From Octopus vulgaris (taxonomy: Eukaryota): 64,000 nt of DNA. The notes beneath the pieces are model-generated. The model was given only the letters and a program-made list of their open reading frames with translations, was not told the origin of the DNA and searched no databases. Of this stretch, positions 24,848 through 37,605 are shown one piece after another; position 1 is the stretch's first letter, and each line of letters starts with the position of its first letter. The position numbers and the translations under genes are program-made. Where the stretch lies: the NCBI GenBank assembly GCA_951406725.2, contig OX597824.1, positions 37,200,001 through 37,264,000 of the forward strand, written 5' to 3'.

Positions 24848-25045
24848 CATGATACAAAGTTTGTTTTAAAGTGATCTAAATTAAAACCTTCCATCAAAAC
24901 TTATGTTAATAGGAGAGTGTGCACCCTCTGGTATCGCAAGCAGATGGCTTCCAGAGGAGAAGAGTAGAAATTACCTCATTTTCATGATACAAAGTTTGTT
25001 TTAAAGTGATCTAAATTAAAACCTTCCATCAAAACTTATGTTAAT
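24848..25045. repeat. 63-bp perfect direct repeat flanking a 72-bp insert, inside a decayed piggyBac-like MITE (about 24806-25170)
   Basis: CATGATACAAAGTTTG...AAAACTTATGTTAAT at 24848-24910 and 24983-25045. Confidence 0.85.
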
Positions 25046-25259
25046 TAATGTTCTAAGCAGTAATTTCATAGTGACAAAATTATTTTACTAAAGGCTTCAT
25101 TATTTTCAAAATAAACTAATATAAAAGCAGCATATTTCAACAGAAACATGGTAAAAAAAAAAGGGGTTACAAGGGAAGTAAAAAAGAGAGAAAACAAGAA
25201 GAAAATGTAGTTTAAATAGTTTGTCAGTTCATTTGTTACTTAGTTGATTCCGTTCAAAG

Positions 25260-25860
25260 ACCATCAAGCAACAAGAATATTTCACTCATCTTCAAGTCCT
25301 AGGTCCAGCTCTTGCCATCATTCACAACATCTTCTTTTGCTACTGTCAACCATTTCTTCTTCAGATCTCCTTTCTTCTTGAGACCCTGTTTGAGGCCACT
25401 GGAGACACTGGAGTGAGGATGGATCTATCTTGATCACATCCCGTAGTCATTTCATCCTCCTGCTGGCCACCGTTTGGCTTAAGATGTATGGGAGTCCAGA
25501 TCTTCTTAGTATTTCAAGGTTGGTGACACAGATCCTGTTAGAGATGTGCTGTGTCTTATGCAAGCATCTTTTCTGGAAGATTTTCAATTTCCCATTTAGT
25601 ACCTTAGTCAGAGGCCATGACTCACACCCAAAGAGAAAGTTAGGGAAGACAATGCTTGTCAACAACTGAATTTTTATCTTCATTCTGATGTCAGCTTTCC
25701 AGATTCTTTTTTAATTTAAGAAAAACATTGTTGGCTTTACTAATCCTAAGGTTAACCTCTTTCTTCATATCTCCTTTATAACTGATATTACTGCTAAGAT
25801 ACATGAATGAAGTCCTTGCATTCTTCAAAGTATTCACCTTCTAAAAGCATCAAGTTCTTA
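25260..25860 (-). mobile_element. RTE LINE 3' remnant
   Basis: KIQLLTSIVFPNFLFGCESWPL...KLKIFQKRCL...VTNLEILRRSG...RRMK. Confidence 0.8.
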
Positions 25861-28150
25861 ACTGATCATTGCCCCCCTCCACCACTTCATTACTTTCTGG
25901 AGATTTTTTATGTTTCTGAGTCTTGGTCATTTACTTACATTTCCATTTTGTATTAAGCACTCAAAACCTGGTCATCTGTGAAGTTCAGGTCCATAATTCT
26001 TGTTGCCATCTGAATACATTGGTCCATTTTGATGATCAAGTGACTTCACCTTAATATAATCAACATCATAAATCAGAGCACATATTGGTACATGAAACAT
26101 TAATTTAAGTAGATGAATAAATAAATAAGGACACAGGAAATGTGTCAAGGCTGACAGGAAACGTTGATGCTTCCTTCGGCTAAATAGCAGTAGTGTGATT
26201 CCCTTTATGGCACTGTCACGTTAAGTTGACAGTATACAACAGCTCAATCGTACCACCACTGCTTATATCTCTCTGAGATATTTAGAAATTTAATATTTCT
26301 ATTCTATGTGATAAATAAATAAATAATTGCAGTCTTAATTTAAATAAGTAACTAAAGAGATATTAAATATCTTAATTTAATTTTGTGATATTATCAATGC
26401 CTCAATGAACAATTCATCTTTAATCCTGCAACTTATAATAGAAAAGGTTTCCTTTTTCTATCACAATTTATTGACAGACATCAATCTCCCTCACATCCAT
26501 TATTTCTGCCATCACCCTTTCTCTCCCCATTCACTCACCCTTCTTCTTTTATGTCGCGCTAACTCTTTTTCTAGTTAACCTCTTTATCAGCTACCTCAGC
26601 ATGGGTAAAGACTCCTCTGTTATCAATATTATCTCCCTTGGTTTACCAACAGTTTGCATTGTACTGAGTACATTTCGTTATAGCACATCGTCAAAGAGTT
26701 CTACGTTATCTCCCTTCCTTCGAGGTAAATATAATCGAGAAAGTATATAGTGACCAACCCCTCTGACTATTGTTGTCTGTTAAAATAATCACTGATCTGA
26801 TACACATCCAGCAGATATGTATGCTTCACATGATAAACAATAATCTTTATAATTCTAAAATAGTCATCTTCTCTTACCCAGTCTGTAGACTTTCACTTTT
26901 TAAATATTCCGTTGGCTCTATCCTTTAAATACCACAAAATTTTGTGCTCTGCACTGTCCTATGACCTCCTCTTTTTTAGAGTTCTAAGTTTCTATGTCTC
27001 ACAAAGATTTCCACATTTTCAATGCTTCGGGAGTCAAATGTTGCTACTGGTTCTTTACTATTTGCATATCATTGTAATACTCGAATCTCAGCTCATATCA
27101 GAACAAAATTAATAAAGGGATTCTCTTGTATGAATAATATAAGATCTGTAACAGCAACACAGGACCTCAAATTTGGTTGGAGGGAGTGGTTGATTATACC
27201 AAATTTAGTTTTTTACTGGTATTTATCTTCTTGATGAAAGATGAAAAGTTGTCATCAATCTCAACAGTAATTTGAACTCACAACATAAAGTAATGCAGCT
27301 GAAGTCTTTTTGTCTGTTCTTTTGATTTCACAAATTCATTTTCTTTCTGCAGATGATATTAACGTGCATCCATAATTTCAGCTTTAGTTTATTTTTGTTT
27401 TAAAATGTTGTTGAGTATTTAGTTTCATACCTAAACTGTTTTGAGTCAAAATCCTACCAAGGAAAATTTATCTCTCCATTCCTCCAAGGTTGATAAGATG
27501 AAACAGGAGTAAGAAACAGGAATTAGTTCAGTCAACTGTATATCTCCTACCAAATTCGAGCTTCTTTCCTGATATTATAGCAATTTATTTCCTGATTTTT
27601 CAATCATCATCATCATCATCATCGTTTAACGTCCGCTTTCCATGCTAGCATGGATTGGACGATTTGACTGAGGACTGGCAAACCAGATGGCTGCACCAGG
27701 CTCCAATCTTGATCTGGAAGAGTTTCTATAGCTGGATGCCCTTCCTAACGCCAACCACTCCGAGAGTGTAGTGGGTGCTTTTAAAGTGCCACCGGCACAA
27801 GAGCCAGTCTGGCAGTACTGGCAATGGACATGCCTGAAAATAGTGTTTTTTACGTGCCACTGAGGCGATGCTGACAACGATCACGCTCAAATGGTGCTCA
27901 ATGTTGATATAAATCCAAAATCTGCAGACTTCTTGACATTTATTGAGATAAAAGGATTTTGAATTGTTGAATTTTTGCTGAAAGATAGAGAAAATAATAA
28001 CAGTTTGTTTTTTAAGTTATCTGCTGTGTAAAATCAGACATCCACATTTTATATTTTGTTGTGTTTAGAGAAAGTCATCACGCCAGCATTATATTTCTAT
28101 TATAGACTGTAAATATTTGCTAAAGATTGAATATACCTATTTGTAATGTG

Positions 28151-28497
28151 TAGTGGTTATCGACTGGAATTCATATGGCCCCTGAGGGTCCATATAAGAT
28201 TCTTGGGGTCCATGCAACAAATAGTAAATTAGGAACCCACAATAGTATTTTGAGGGTCCCTGAAAAAATTAGGTTTTAGATGTATATTGGTATGTATTGC
28301 AAGAAACAGCTAAATTTATTTCTCTAACATTTTACAGAGTTCAGCTTACACGCGTTAATGTGTGAAAAACAAAATTGGAATTTTGGAAGAAGTTTCTATA
28401 AAACTAGTTTTTAAGCATCAAATGGCTATGGGAGTCCACCAGAATAAAATAGTAATGAAAGGGATCCATAGATTAAAAAAATGGTTAAGAAACCCTA
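28151..28497. mobile_element. decayed hAT/Charlie-type MITE just upstream of the last PRORP acceptor
   Basis: TAGTGGTTATCGAC start, repeated GGGGTCC motifs, AAATGGTTAAGAAACCCT end. Confidence 0.5.
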
Positions 28498-28547
28498 CTT
28501 TACAAGTTTTCCTTTGTCTTTATTTTCCATTTTTATTCATTTTGCAG

Positions 28548-28712
28548 TGGCCACGTAAAGAAGATATACGTGCTCAGAGGTGTAACCATGGTTGGCATAT
28601 CCCTTTTGAAAATGAAGAGCCAAGGCCCACTTGGCAAGACCCTAGTTCATGGTTATGTCTTCAAAAAAAATCAACTTCTTATTCAAGAAGAAGTAAAACA
28701 TTAAAGTTTTAG
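28548..28712 (+). CDS. PRORP: PRORP terminal coding exon (zinc ligands WHIP and WLC)
   Basis: ttttgcag acceptor; GWHIPFE...PSSWLCLQK (human SWHIPYD...PTKWLCLHQK); TAG at 28710-28712; spliced CDS 1755 nt = 584 aa. Confidence 0.96.
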   Translation, partial: WPRKEDIRAQRCNHGWHIPFENEEPRPTWQDPSSWLCLQKKSTSYSRRSKTLKF

Positions 28713-29376
28713 AAAAATTTCTTTTTATGTACATTAAAGACTGAGCCACAATATAACTAAATATACATAATCCATTTTATGACTTTGAATTAAGTTCTTT
28801 TAAAGTTGATGCCATGAAATGTTAATATTTGAGCTTATGAGAGATTTTGGTTATTCTGAAGGTCCAGAGTTCAAATGTTAGCCATGGGTTTTTTTTCCTT
28901 TTCATTTAATCTTTGATGTGGAGGGCAGTGACTTTACAAGCAGTCTGAATCAGAAATGTTTGGAATTTAAATTGGCTGAATAAGTTTGAGAACAAAGAAA
29001 TGTAGAAATTATTTATTCTAAGATTGAAGGTAGTTGGAAGAGGAAGAGGTGAAAATAAGGTTTCTGATGGAGTGGGACTTTATCAACAAGTTTAGATGAT
29101 TGCAGGAAGGACAAAGAAGAACAAAGCTTTATGATGAGCAAGTACTTGAAGCCAGTTGGTTAGTGGTTCTCTTTCAGGTTGTTATTTTGTTGTACTCTGC
29201 AAGGCATGTATTCTTCATGGCTATGCTATCTCAGATGTATATGGAATAATATTGTGAAGGGTGAGCTTGCAACATGTAGATGTGCCACAGTTTGAAAATA
29301 AGTATTTTCAGGTAAAAAAAATTTCCATTTAATAAGAAATAATAGAAGAAAATTTTAAAAAGAGAGCCTTTATTTT

Positions 29377-29564
29377 GTGATCAAAACACCTGAAGACTAC
29401 TAATGTAGGAAGTTGGTGAATGATTAACTTCAAAAATATTTTGAGGTTTGATACCAAGTATGACAGAGTCAGTGATCAAAACACCTGAAGACTACTAATG
29501 TAGGAAGTTGGTGAATGATTAACTTCAAAAGTATTTTGAGGTTTGATACCAAGTATGACAGAGT
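29377..29564. repeat. 95-bp tandem duplication in the probable PRORP 3' UTR
   Basis: GTGATCAAAACACCTGAAGAC...GTATGACAGAGT x2 with 1 mismatch; AATAAA at 29584, 29664 and 29873 downstream. Confidence 0.9.
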
Positions 29565-32502
29565 TAAGATATTTTCCAAATCCAATAAAATACTAATTAT
29601 CCAATATTAGCAGGTTGGATGGATTTGTCAGAGAAATTGTTTTTACAACTGCATGATCTTTCTAATAAAACCTGTTATCAGCCAGGTAGACTGAAGTATG
29701 TGATGTGACAGATTTCATCAGGGCACAAAGCTGTTGTTAAAAGTTCCAACTCCTGACGATGTTATTCAGTTGTTCTGAAGCATAACTTGTTAATTATTGT
29801 GTCACCCAAGTAGATTAAATTCATGGCTGGTGAATGAATATATATTTCAGTATTAACTATTGGTACAGGCTGAATAAAAATGTAAATATCAGGTTTATCT
29901 TAGATAATGACAACAGGAAGTTATTTAAATTGTGAGATATTGTTTCACAATATCATTAGAGAAAAGTATATTACGCCTAATTGTCAGCAGCATGAAGTGG
30001 AATGGAGAAGTTGCGATAAGAAATGAAGAAGAATGTGAACTAAGATGAAGAGAAATTGGGTAGCTTCACTCGTTACTGTCTAACTATGAGAGGAGTCTGT
30101 AGTAGGTATATATAGAAGGTAGGGAGAATTTATTCTAGGTGGAACCAATAGAAATAAAGCTAGGAACCAGAACTCTACAAGAACTGCTGAAAGTACTATG
30201 ATGGAAGTTCATTTAGCTCCTGAAATTGTCTTTTTATGTTTAAACATCTGAAATTGAGTTTGATTCAAAAAATGAATATTCCCGAAAAAATATTTGTTGG
30301 TTACTAGTGATCCTAGTTCCTGATAAGTACTTCAGGTTATTGGTTCCTAGAAGAATGTAAGGCAAATTCGACCTTGGTGAGATTCGAAATCAGAACGTTA
30401 AGTAATGTAGCTAAAAATACTGCAAGTTGTTTTTTTTTCATCTGCCGCTCAACCAATTTTGCCATCACCACCCCCAGACCGTAATAACGGTGCCTAGGAA
30501 GGTGGGGGGTGGCGACTAAAATGACCTTAGAACAGACTACCTTAAGATCATTCACAGACATGTAAAAATGTTTGTTGAAACATTAAAAGATTTGTAACGA
30601 AACAGAATCTTTTACACACACAACAAGACGCCATTTAGTCCTCACCTCACTCACAGCAGCAGCACTGCTTTACAGTCACAGATAATAAATAAAAAAGAAA
30701 ATCTGATAAGTTCAGTGACTTTGCCAGATCTTTAGTAGTTTTTATAATAGGAAATGCAATACAAGCCAACACAATGCTGAAAGTATATATTTATATACAT
30801 ATGCTGTTTCGGTTCATTTATTTTACATAAAAGTAATTATTTTGCAATTAGAGGTTCGTAAAAAAACAAATTTGAATAAATTTGTTCCTTCACCTTATTG
30901 CATATCGGTGGATTCCATCCTTTATCTTTCCATAAAATATTTATCCCCTTATATATAATCACTATGATATAGACAAAAAGAATTTTTCGTATTGCATAAA
31001 AACTAAAGATTAAGAGTAAAAGACAAACCTGACTCTACCAAAATACACCGCAATTAAGAAAAACTTGTCGATTGTACAAGTTGGCAGCCGTTAACTTGTA
31101 TATCTCATCTTACATACTTCTTAGTTTCTCTAATCTTTGACTCATGCGCCATTAAATCTGACGTATTTCCACTCTATCTTCACACCACACACATATTTCA
31201 GGTTTGTCTTTAGCATCAGCAACAGACATTTTTAGTTTGATTAAAAGACGCTTCACAACACCGTAAAGTCTTCTGAAAAGGTTTTTTTATTTACTTTACT
31301 TTACTTTACCCCGCACACGTTACAGAACGGGGATGGTAAGAATTAGGAAGTTATAGTACAAGGATGTGCCCAGAAACCCAGCCTTCAGTGACGTGATAGG
31401 GCCAATGGTAAATTAATAATACTTGATATTATAATATAAATAAATAATATTAGATATCAGATGCAGACTCGTTTAATATATCAGGCACAGTGGAATCATT
31501 TCCCGGGATGTGATCTTCAACATGCTGTTAAAGATGTTAAAATACGATTATGATTTTAAATATAAGAATAAATTAATGTTAAAATATTATATCAGCCATT
31601 TCGAAAAAGAAGCCTGTTTCTCTGTGATCGTTAACCCGTATAATTTCATGGCTGGAAAAATTTGGAAGGTGTTGATATGTTACTTATGTAAAGTAAATTA
31701 TCAGATATAGAACGATATTTTAAGAGGAAAAAGCAGTTGTTATTATAAAACTATTATTCAACGTTATCATAAAACTTTATTATTCAACTCAATTATAATC
31801 CAATCTAAGAACTTTCCGAAATTCTTTTACCGATTCAAATTCTGGAATAATTGCAATCAGATTTATTTTCTCTGTCCGTTCTTTGTAATAGGAATGTTTA
31901 CAGATAGAGAATTTAATTTCTCTCTTATCATTCTTCACCAAAGACATGTTTTAATCGTTTCTTAGAGAAAATGTTCGTCCAGACGTGGCAGACGATGCAG
32001 AGTTTACTAGTGAAATGTTGGCAAGTCGTAAAAATCTCTGAAATCAGGTGTTGCTGGCGGCTGTTATCTTTTTATTAAAATGATTTACAATGTTAGCCAA
32101 ACAACAAACAAAGGTTTCTCATAGAAACTTCAAATGCCGGAAGTTGAGCTTATCAAAGAATTAATGTCAATGCCAATGGCTTATTTTCTCTTTTATTAAA
32201 TTATTTCTGTTGATTGCCTCTAGAAGCAACGTTTCCGGCCTTGAATATATTTTGTAAACTTGTCCGTCTGCTCAGAGCTTTGGTTGAAGGAAATTATTCT
32301 TTACACCTATGACTAGAGCCGTTTTATAGTTTGGGCGTACCGTCTGGAAATCCGCGATTTTAGGTGTCCCGAAATTCGATCTAAAAACGAAAATTAATGT
32401 TCATATTATTGTTGTTGTTTCGTTTCTCCATGTCAGCATTCATCGAAGAGTCCATGGTAGTCAGCTACAGTTCCTTCTTCCTTGTTATATCGAGTTTCTA
32501 AA

Positions 32503-32735
32503 AAGGCGGCAAGCTGGCAGATTCGTTAAAGCGCCGGGCGAAATGTTTAGAAGTATTTCGTCTGCCGCTACGTTCTGAGTTCAAATTCCGCCGAGGTCGA
32601 CTTTGCCTTTCATCCTTTCGGGTCCGATAAATGAAGTACCAGTGAAACACTGGGGTCGATGTAATCGACTTAATCCGTTTATCTGTCCTTGTTTGTCCCT
32701 TCTATGTTTAGCCCCCTGTGGGCAATTAAGAAATA
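32503..32735 (+). mobile_element. SINE family B
   Basis: GGCGGCAAGCTGGCAG..GAGTTCAAATTCCGCCGAGGTCGACTTTGCCTTTCATCCTTTCGG. Confidence 0.85.
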
Positions 32736-33004
32736 TATATATATATATCGAGTTTCTAACTGGTCGAGGACCACATTATACACTCTGGCATACGGTAAAC
32801 GATGCAAAAATTAAAATTTGATTCTGATGACAGCTGAATTGGTCTTTCATTTTATTTTTTTAAATAGCTAACAGCTGACTTCACATTTTTTACTATTTTA
32901 TTTTGTGGATCTATGCTGACGTATCTAGATCGCACTTGAAAAGTTTTAGTGGCGTTCATTTCAAACTGACCCGTTTAATCCAGATTTATCTGGTTTATTC
33001 ACAA

Positions 33005-33510
33005 CTAGCAGTATCGCCCGGCGTTGCTCGGGTTTGTAAGGGAAATAACTATATAAGCATTTTTAGAGAGTTACTTCCCTTATAAATTCGGGCTTTCTTA
33101 GCCATTTTTGTTTTGGTGTCTTCAAGCCATGAAGTCGTTGTTCTAAAAGAACGCTGGTTTCCTTCACAACGCATTACGACGTTGATTTCTTTACACTCCC
33201 TTCCCCACAGCTTCACGAGGGAGGGAAGGGGGAGAAGCAAACAGGTGCAGCTGTGAGCGTGGACGCCAACTCCGCCGCCATCGACACACGATGCATTTTA
33301 TGCATTAAAATGGAATAAAAAATTATGTTAAATTATTTTTAAAATCGTAGACTCATCGTTGACGCGCGCTAATAGTCAGACGGGCTCGATATGAATCACG
33401 ACTATAAGATACCCGAATTTGGTTAAACTGCACCGCAAAATGTGGGAGGAGTTAGGAATCTAAATCGAAGGGGACAGACACTCACACAACTAGAATTTTA
33501 TATATATAGA
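33005..33510 (-). mobile_element. non-autonomous Helitron
   Basis: minus strand A|TCTATATATATAAAATTCTAG ... hairpin CCCGAGCAACGCCGGG ... CTAG|T. Confidence 0.85.
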
Positions 33511-33614
33511 TAGATTACGGATATGAATCAATCTTTTGTAGAAAGAGTTTCAAACATGTATATATACGGATACAAAAATTTACTTTAGATCAATTGATAT
33601 ACATTTGCCCTGGC

Positions 33615-33685
<71 letters not shown>

Positions 33686-33699
33686 CTATCACTTTTATT

Positions 33700-33955
33700 T
33701 TGGATAGCGCAATCTCTCTAATTCTCAGGTCTTTGTCGCCGTTTGTTTATCGATTGGAATTACCAGCAGAAGGGCCCAGTCATTTTGGAGCCTTTACTGT
33801 TTCCCCATACTATATTAAATACAGTATGTGGAACGTTTTCCCCATGGACCATCTTTCTTCTTTTAATACCTCACCATTGACGGTAACCATTCCAGAACCT
33901 TCTGGTTTGGGGTTTTTCATTCTTTTTGTTGCCATTTCTATTTCTTCCTTTGTTA
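33700..33955 (-). mobile_element. RTE-like LINE remnant (RT-proximal)
   Basis: EEIEMATKRMKNPKPEG-like segment resembling EEIxxAxxxMKxxKAPGxD. Confidence 0.5.
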
Positions 33956-34054
33956 TGTATGTTTACATACGTAATGCAAACACATATGAGTTTATATGCG
34001 AGTGTCTGTTTATCTGCGAGTATTATGTGTGTATATGTATCCGCATATATATTA

Positions 34055-34982
34055 TGTAAACCTGAAAAGTTCATAGCCTGACCAAGATACTCTCATGGAA
34101 TGTAACCAAATGAGGTTTATTTTTCAACATGGTCCACACACTTCTTTCATCAGTGTAGCAGTGCTTGGATCCCATTCGTGAAAAGCTTTCATCCCGTTGG
34201 TCAAAAAAGTCAGCAGCAGAAATGACGTTATCATTACTGCGTTACTGATACCCACCCGAGTGCTTTACTCATGTTGGGGAACAGATGGTAGTCAGATGGG
34301 ACTAAATCAAGAAAATAGGGAGGGTGATCAGCCATTTCAAAGCCCCAGTTACGCACAGCAACCATTGAGATGAAAGACTTGTCTGCCGAAGTATTGTCCT
34401 TGTGAAAAATACCCCATTCTTTAGTTTTCCTGACCGTTTGGGCTCGATATCCTTTCGTGACTCCCTCAGCAAGTTGGCATAATACTCTCCATTGATAGTG
34501 TAGCCCTTTTTGAAGATAGTCAATAAACAATATCTTTTGTATCCTAAAACACTGAGGCCGTCTCTTTCCCTGTGAATGAAACGACCTTGGCCTTTTTCTG
34601 GAGCAGGTGAAGTGGGGGTGTTTTCACTATATGAGTTGTCTCTGGTTCAAAGTGATGAAGCCGACACTCATCTTGATTTGGAAACCTTCAAAGAAACCAA
34701 CTGAGTCTACATGAAACAATGTCAGGTTTTCCCGCGAAGTGATCAGCCCGGTGTGTTTTGATCATGTGTCAGAAGACGTGATAACACCACAAAACCAAAG
34801 TTTATCGATTTTCAAGATAAATCACTGCTAGTTTCTTCTGAAGTTCTTGGATAGCCAGATGTTAGTTTACCTTGAAAGAAACAATGCAGTTTTTAATAAG
34901 GCGAGTCGAAATTAATGAAAGATTTCACAGCTCTAGCATCACTTTTTCATAGTCAACCAATGATCTTTTCACCCCACCCTCG
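34055..34982 (-). mobile_element. mariner transposon remnant (D,D34D)
   Basis: KGYTINGEYYANLL, HKDNT, HPPYFLDLVPSDYHLFPNM motifs; TIR-like CTTTTCACCCCACCCTCG|TA. Confidence 0.9.
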
Positions 34983-35103
34983 TATGATAGCTGTATTCCT
35001 AAATGGCGAGGGAGATATATGCAGCAGTTGTAGAATTTACTGAGAAAAGGTCAAGGTTGTCGTTTTATTTTACTATCAGACGTGTGTGTGCGCGCGCGCG
35101 TAC

Positions 35104-35166
<63 letters not shown>

Positions 35167-35950
35167 GTTATGTGTATGTGTACTTACGTGTGCGCGGGCG
35201 TGCGCGCGCAATTCATGGTTAGGTCAGGAATAAATTGCAGGAAGAGAATGGGAGAGAAGCTAAGATGAGGTGATAAGATGAGTGATTTACATAACGGCAG
35301 ATTTATATAGCAACACACACATTCCTGGCGGCGAGAAAATGTTTGAAAAGGTTTGCTGCTACTGCTGTTGGAATGTACTTGCCGATGGACGAACCATTTC
35401 CTACATTCAGACTAAGAAACAACGACTGTAATATGGTAATATTAGGTTAGTTGTAAGAGTACCAAATAGATAATGAAATATTCATGATTGCATTTTTACC
35501 CATGAAATGCTGAACGCATTAACATTTCCCCATTTTATATCTCATTCTAAATTCTGTATCTTACTCTGAAAGTTTATTTTTATTATCTGTTGTATCAATA
35601 AATAGTTTCTAAAAATGTTATGCTATAGCTCGCTTCTTTTTCAGCGATTAGATATTATCTGTCTATTAACAGCTTTTATAGTATAAAAAAAAAACTTACA
35701 AAAATAATAAGTTGATATATTTGTATTTCGTTTTTGGATTTGGTTTCTTTCTGTATTGGATAAATAAAAAAAAAACTGACCTTAGTGAAAAGTTTAAATT
35801 TCTGTGAATATGATTATGGACAAAGATAGGCTAAAATTAGTTTTCTTTTATGCGGGTCAGCAGCGTATTTCACAAGTTATCTTATATCAGAGAATGGCCA
35901 GGCGGCTTCCATGAGTTGTTTAAGGGTCTGTGAGGTCGATGGCAGAACGA

Positions 35951-36222
35951 GAAGGAATCACGATTCATGAGTTATTTTTACACCAAGGTTTTGGTCCAAA
36001 TACCGAAAACTTGACCTTTATCTGTTAAAGGTAACCAAAGGTCAAGTAATGTTTTAAAGATGGTCGACAAATTTAATCTGCCGACGGGAAGAAGGAGTCA
36101 CGATTCATGAGTTATTCTCACGCCGAGGTTTTGGTCCAAATACTTAAAACTTAAACTTTGGCTGTTAAGGCTGCCAAAGGTCAAGTAATGTTTTAAAAGT
36201 GATCGACAAATTTAATTTGTCA
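35951..36222. repeat. diverged tandem repeat, two units of about 140 bp
   Basis: GAAGGA.TCACGATTCATGAGTTATT...CAAAGGTCAAGTAATGTTTTAAA...CGACAAATTTAAT x2. Confidence 0.85.
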
Positions 36223-36249
36223 CCCAATAACTTATACATCCCCAATGAC

Positions 36250-37200
36250 GGGTTTCAGCATAGCTTCAGAAAGCTACCATGCAGTTTCACTCTATCTCTT
36301 ATCCATGAAGCTACAACAGATTTCATTGTACTTATCATCTACAGTTTCCATACGTTTTGAATCTACCTATGGTCCACGAGTAGGCGCAATGGCCCAGTGG
36401 TTAGGGCAGCGAACTCGCGGTCGGAGGATCGCAGTTTCGATTCCCAGACCGAGCGTTGTGTGTGTTTATTGAGCGAAAACACCTAAAAGCTCCACGAGGC
36501 TCCGACAGGGTGTGGTGGCGACCCCTGTTGTACTCTTTCGCCACAACTTTCTCTCACTCTCTCTTCCTGTTTCTTGAGTAATGATGCGATGGACTGGCGT
36601 CCCGTCCAGCTGGGGGGAACACATACGCCACAGAAACCGGGAAACCGGGCCCATGAGCCTGGCTGGGCTTGAAAAGGGCGACGTTTTGTGGTCCACGAGT
36701 CTAACAGACAGTTTCAGTTCACCGATAGTCCACAGATTCACCTCACAGTGTCATTTTATCTGTGGTCCATCCAGCTACCCAACACTTTCAATCTATATTT
36801 GTTCAATTAAGCTACCATATATTTTCAGTCCGTTTATAGTCCACTGATCTACCACACCATTTCAGTCCATATATAATTCACATAGTTGTCTCAGATAGTC
36901 CACAGAACTATCCCACCGTTATAACGTATAGATTACCTGAAGTGCCATCACAGAGATTCAGTCTTTAAGTTTATCTTTTGCCCACAGAATCACCACACAT
37001 CTTCAGTGTGTCTATAACCTCCAAGATTTCGGCATATTCTCAAATTGTCTCTACCCCACAGAGCTTCCTTTCGTTTTCATCTTGGTTCACAGATCTAGAT
37101 CACACTTTCAGTCGATCTGTGATCCACAAATCTACCGTACATTTTCAGTCCCTCTATAGCACACATAGTTCAGCCGGTTTGTAGCTTACACAATTATCCT
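36250..37200. repeat. ancient degenerate minisatellite (unit about 37 bp) interrupted by a SINE
   Basis: recurring TTTCAGTC..TAGTCCACAGATCTACCACAC-like units. Confidence 0.6.
36382..36688 (+). mobile_element. tRNA-derived SINE family D (V-SINE-like) with 12-bp TSD
   Basis: A box TGGCCCAGTGG, B box GTTTCGATTCC, GCGATGGACTGGCGTCCCGTCCAG; TSD TGGTCCACGAGT at 36370-36381 and 36689-36700. Confidence 0.88.
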
Positions 37201-37282
37201 GCCAGCGGATACTAGCAGAAGTAATGACATCAAAATCATTGACATAAAATCTTGGTTCAACGTTAGCAGATATTTTATTATT

Positions 37283-37430
37283 TTATTCTGTTGTGTCTGG
37301 GAAGAGTCATTCTCTTTTGGTGCCTTATAATTTAACACACCCACCGATAAAATTTCCGCTTCTTTCTCTTTTTTTTTTCTTCTTATTTTTCTAAAATTTC
37401 CGTTGCGTCTTGCAACCTTTTCAATAGTTT
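37283..37430 (-). mobile_element. Penelope-like pLTR fragment with U3-A8 hammerhead-like motif (same family as 58083-58411)
   Basis: shares TTCTGTTGTGTCTGGG...CGTTGCGTCTTGCAACCTTTTCAATAG with 58083-58214. Confidence 0.6.
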
Positions 37431-37574
37431 ACTATTTTATCTTTTACCTTTATTTGTTTCAGTTATTAGACTGCAGCCATGTTTGGGCACCGCCTTGAAA
37501 GATGTTTTAGTCGACCCCAGTATTCATTTTTTTAAGGCTTGGTACTTTTGCCGAACCGCTAAGTTACGGGGTCG

Positions 37575-37605
<31 letters not shown>

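Noticed and set aside
952-28712. ESF1-PRORP adjacency as an RNA-processing gene cluster
   Set aside because: Two tandem housekeeping genes acting in different compartments; the sequence shows no evidence of co-regulation.
29386-29420. CAC-CUGAAGA-CUAC-uaau-GUAG-GAAG-UUG-GUG in each unit of the 95-bp duplication, resembling a dimeric hammerhead
   Set aside because: It has GAAG instead of GAAA and no stem III or NUH can form; probably chance.
30600-32480. Possible promoter or first exon of another gene (CCGGAAGT at about 32137, TGACGT and CCAAT at about 31390-31405, minus-strand ATGGCG..GTAAGA at about 31110-31150)
   Set aside because: Short motifs only; no recognisable protein or chain of exons supports a gene.
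36382-36455. tRNA gene
   Set aside because: It is the tRNA-like head of a SINE flanked by a 12-bp TSD; I found no complete cloverleaf.
36250-37200. CRISPR-like periodic repeats
   Set aside because: Eukaryotic context, contiguous degenerate units with no unique spacers, and no cas genes.
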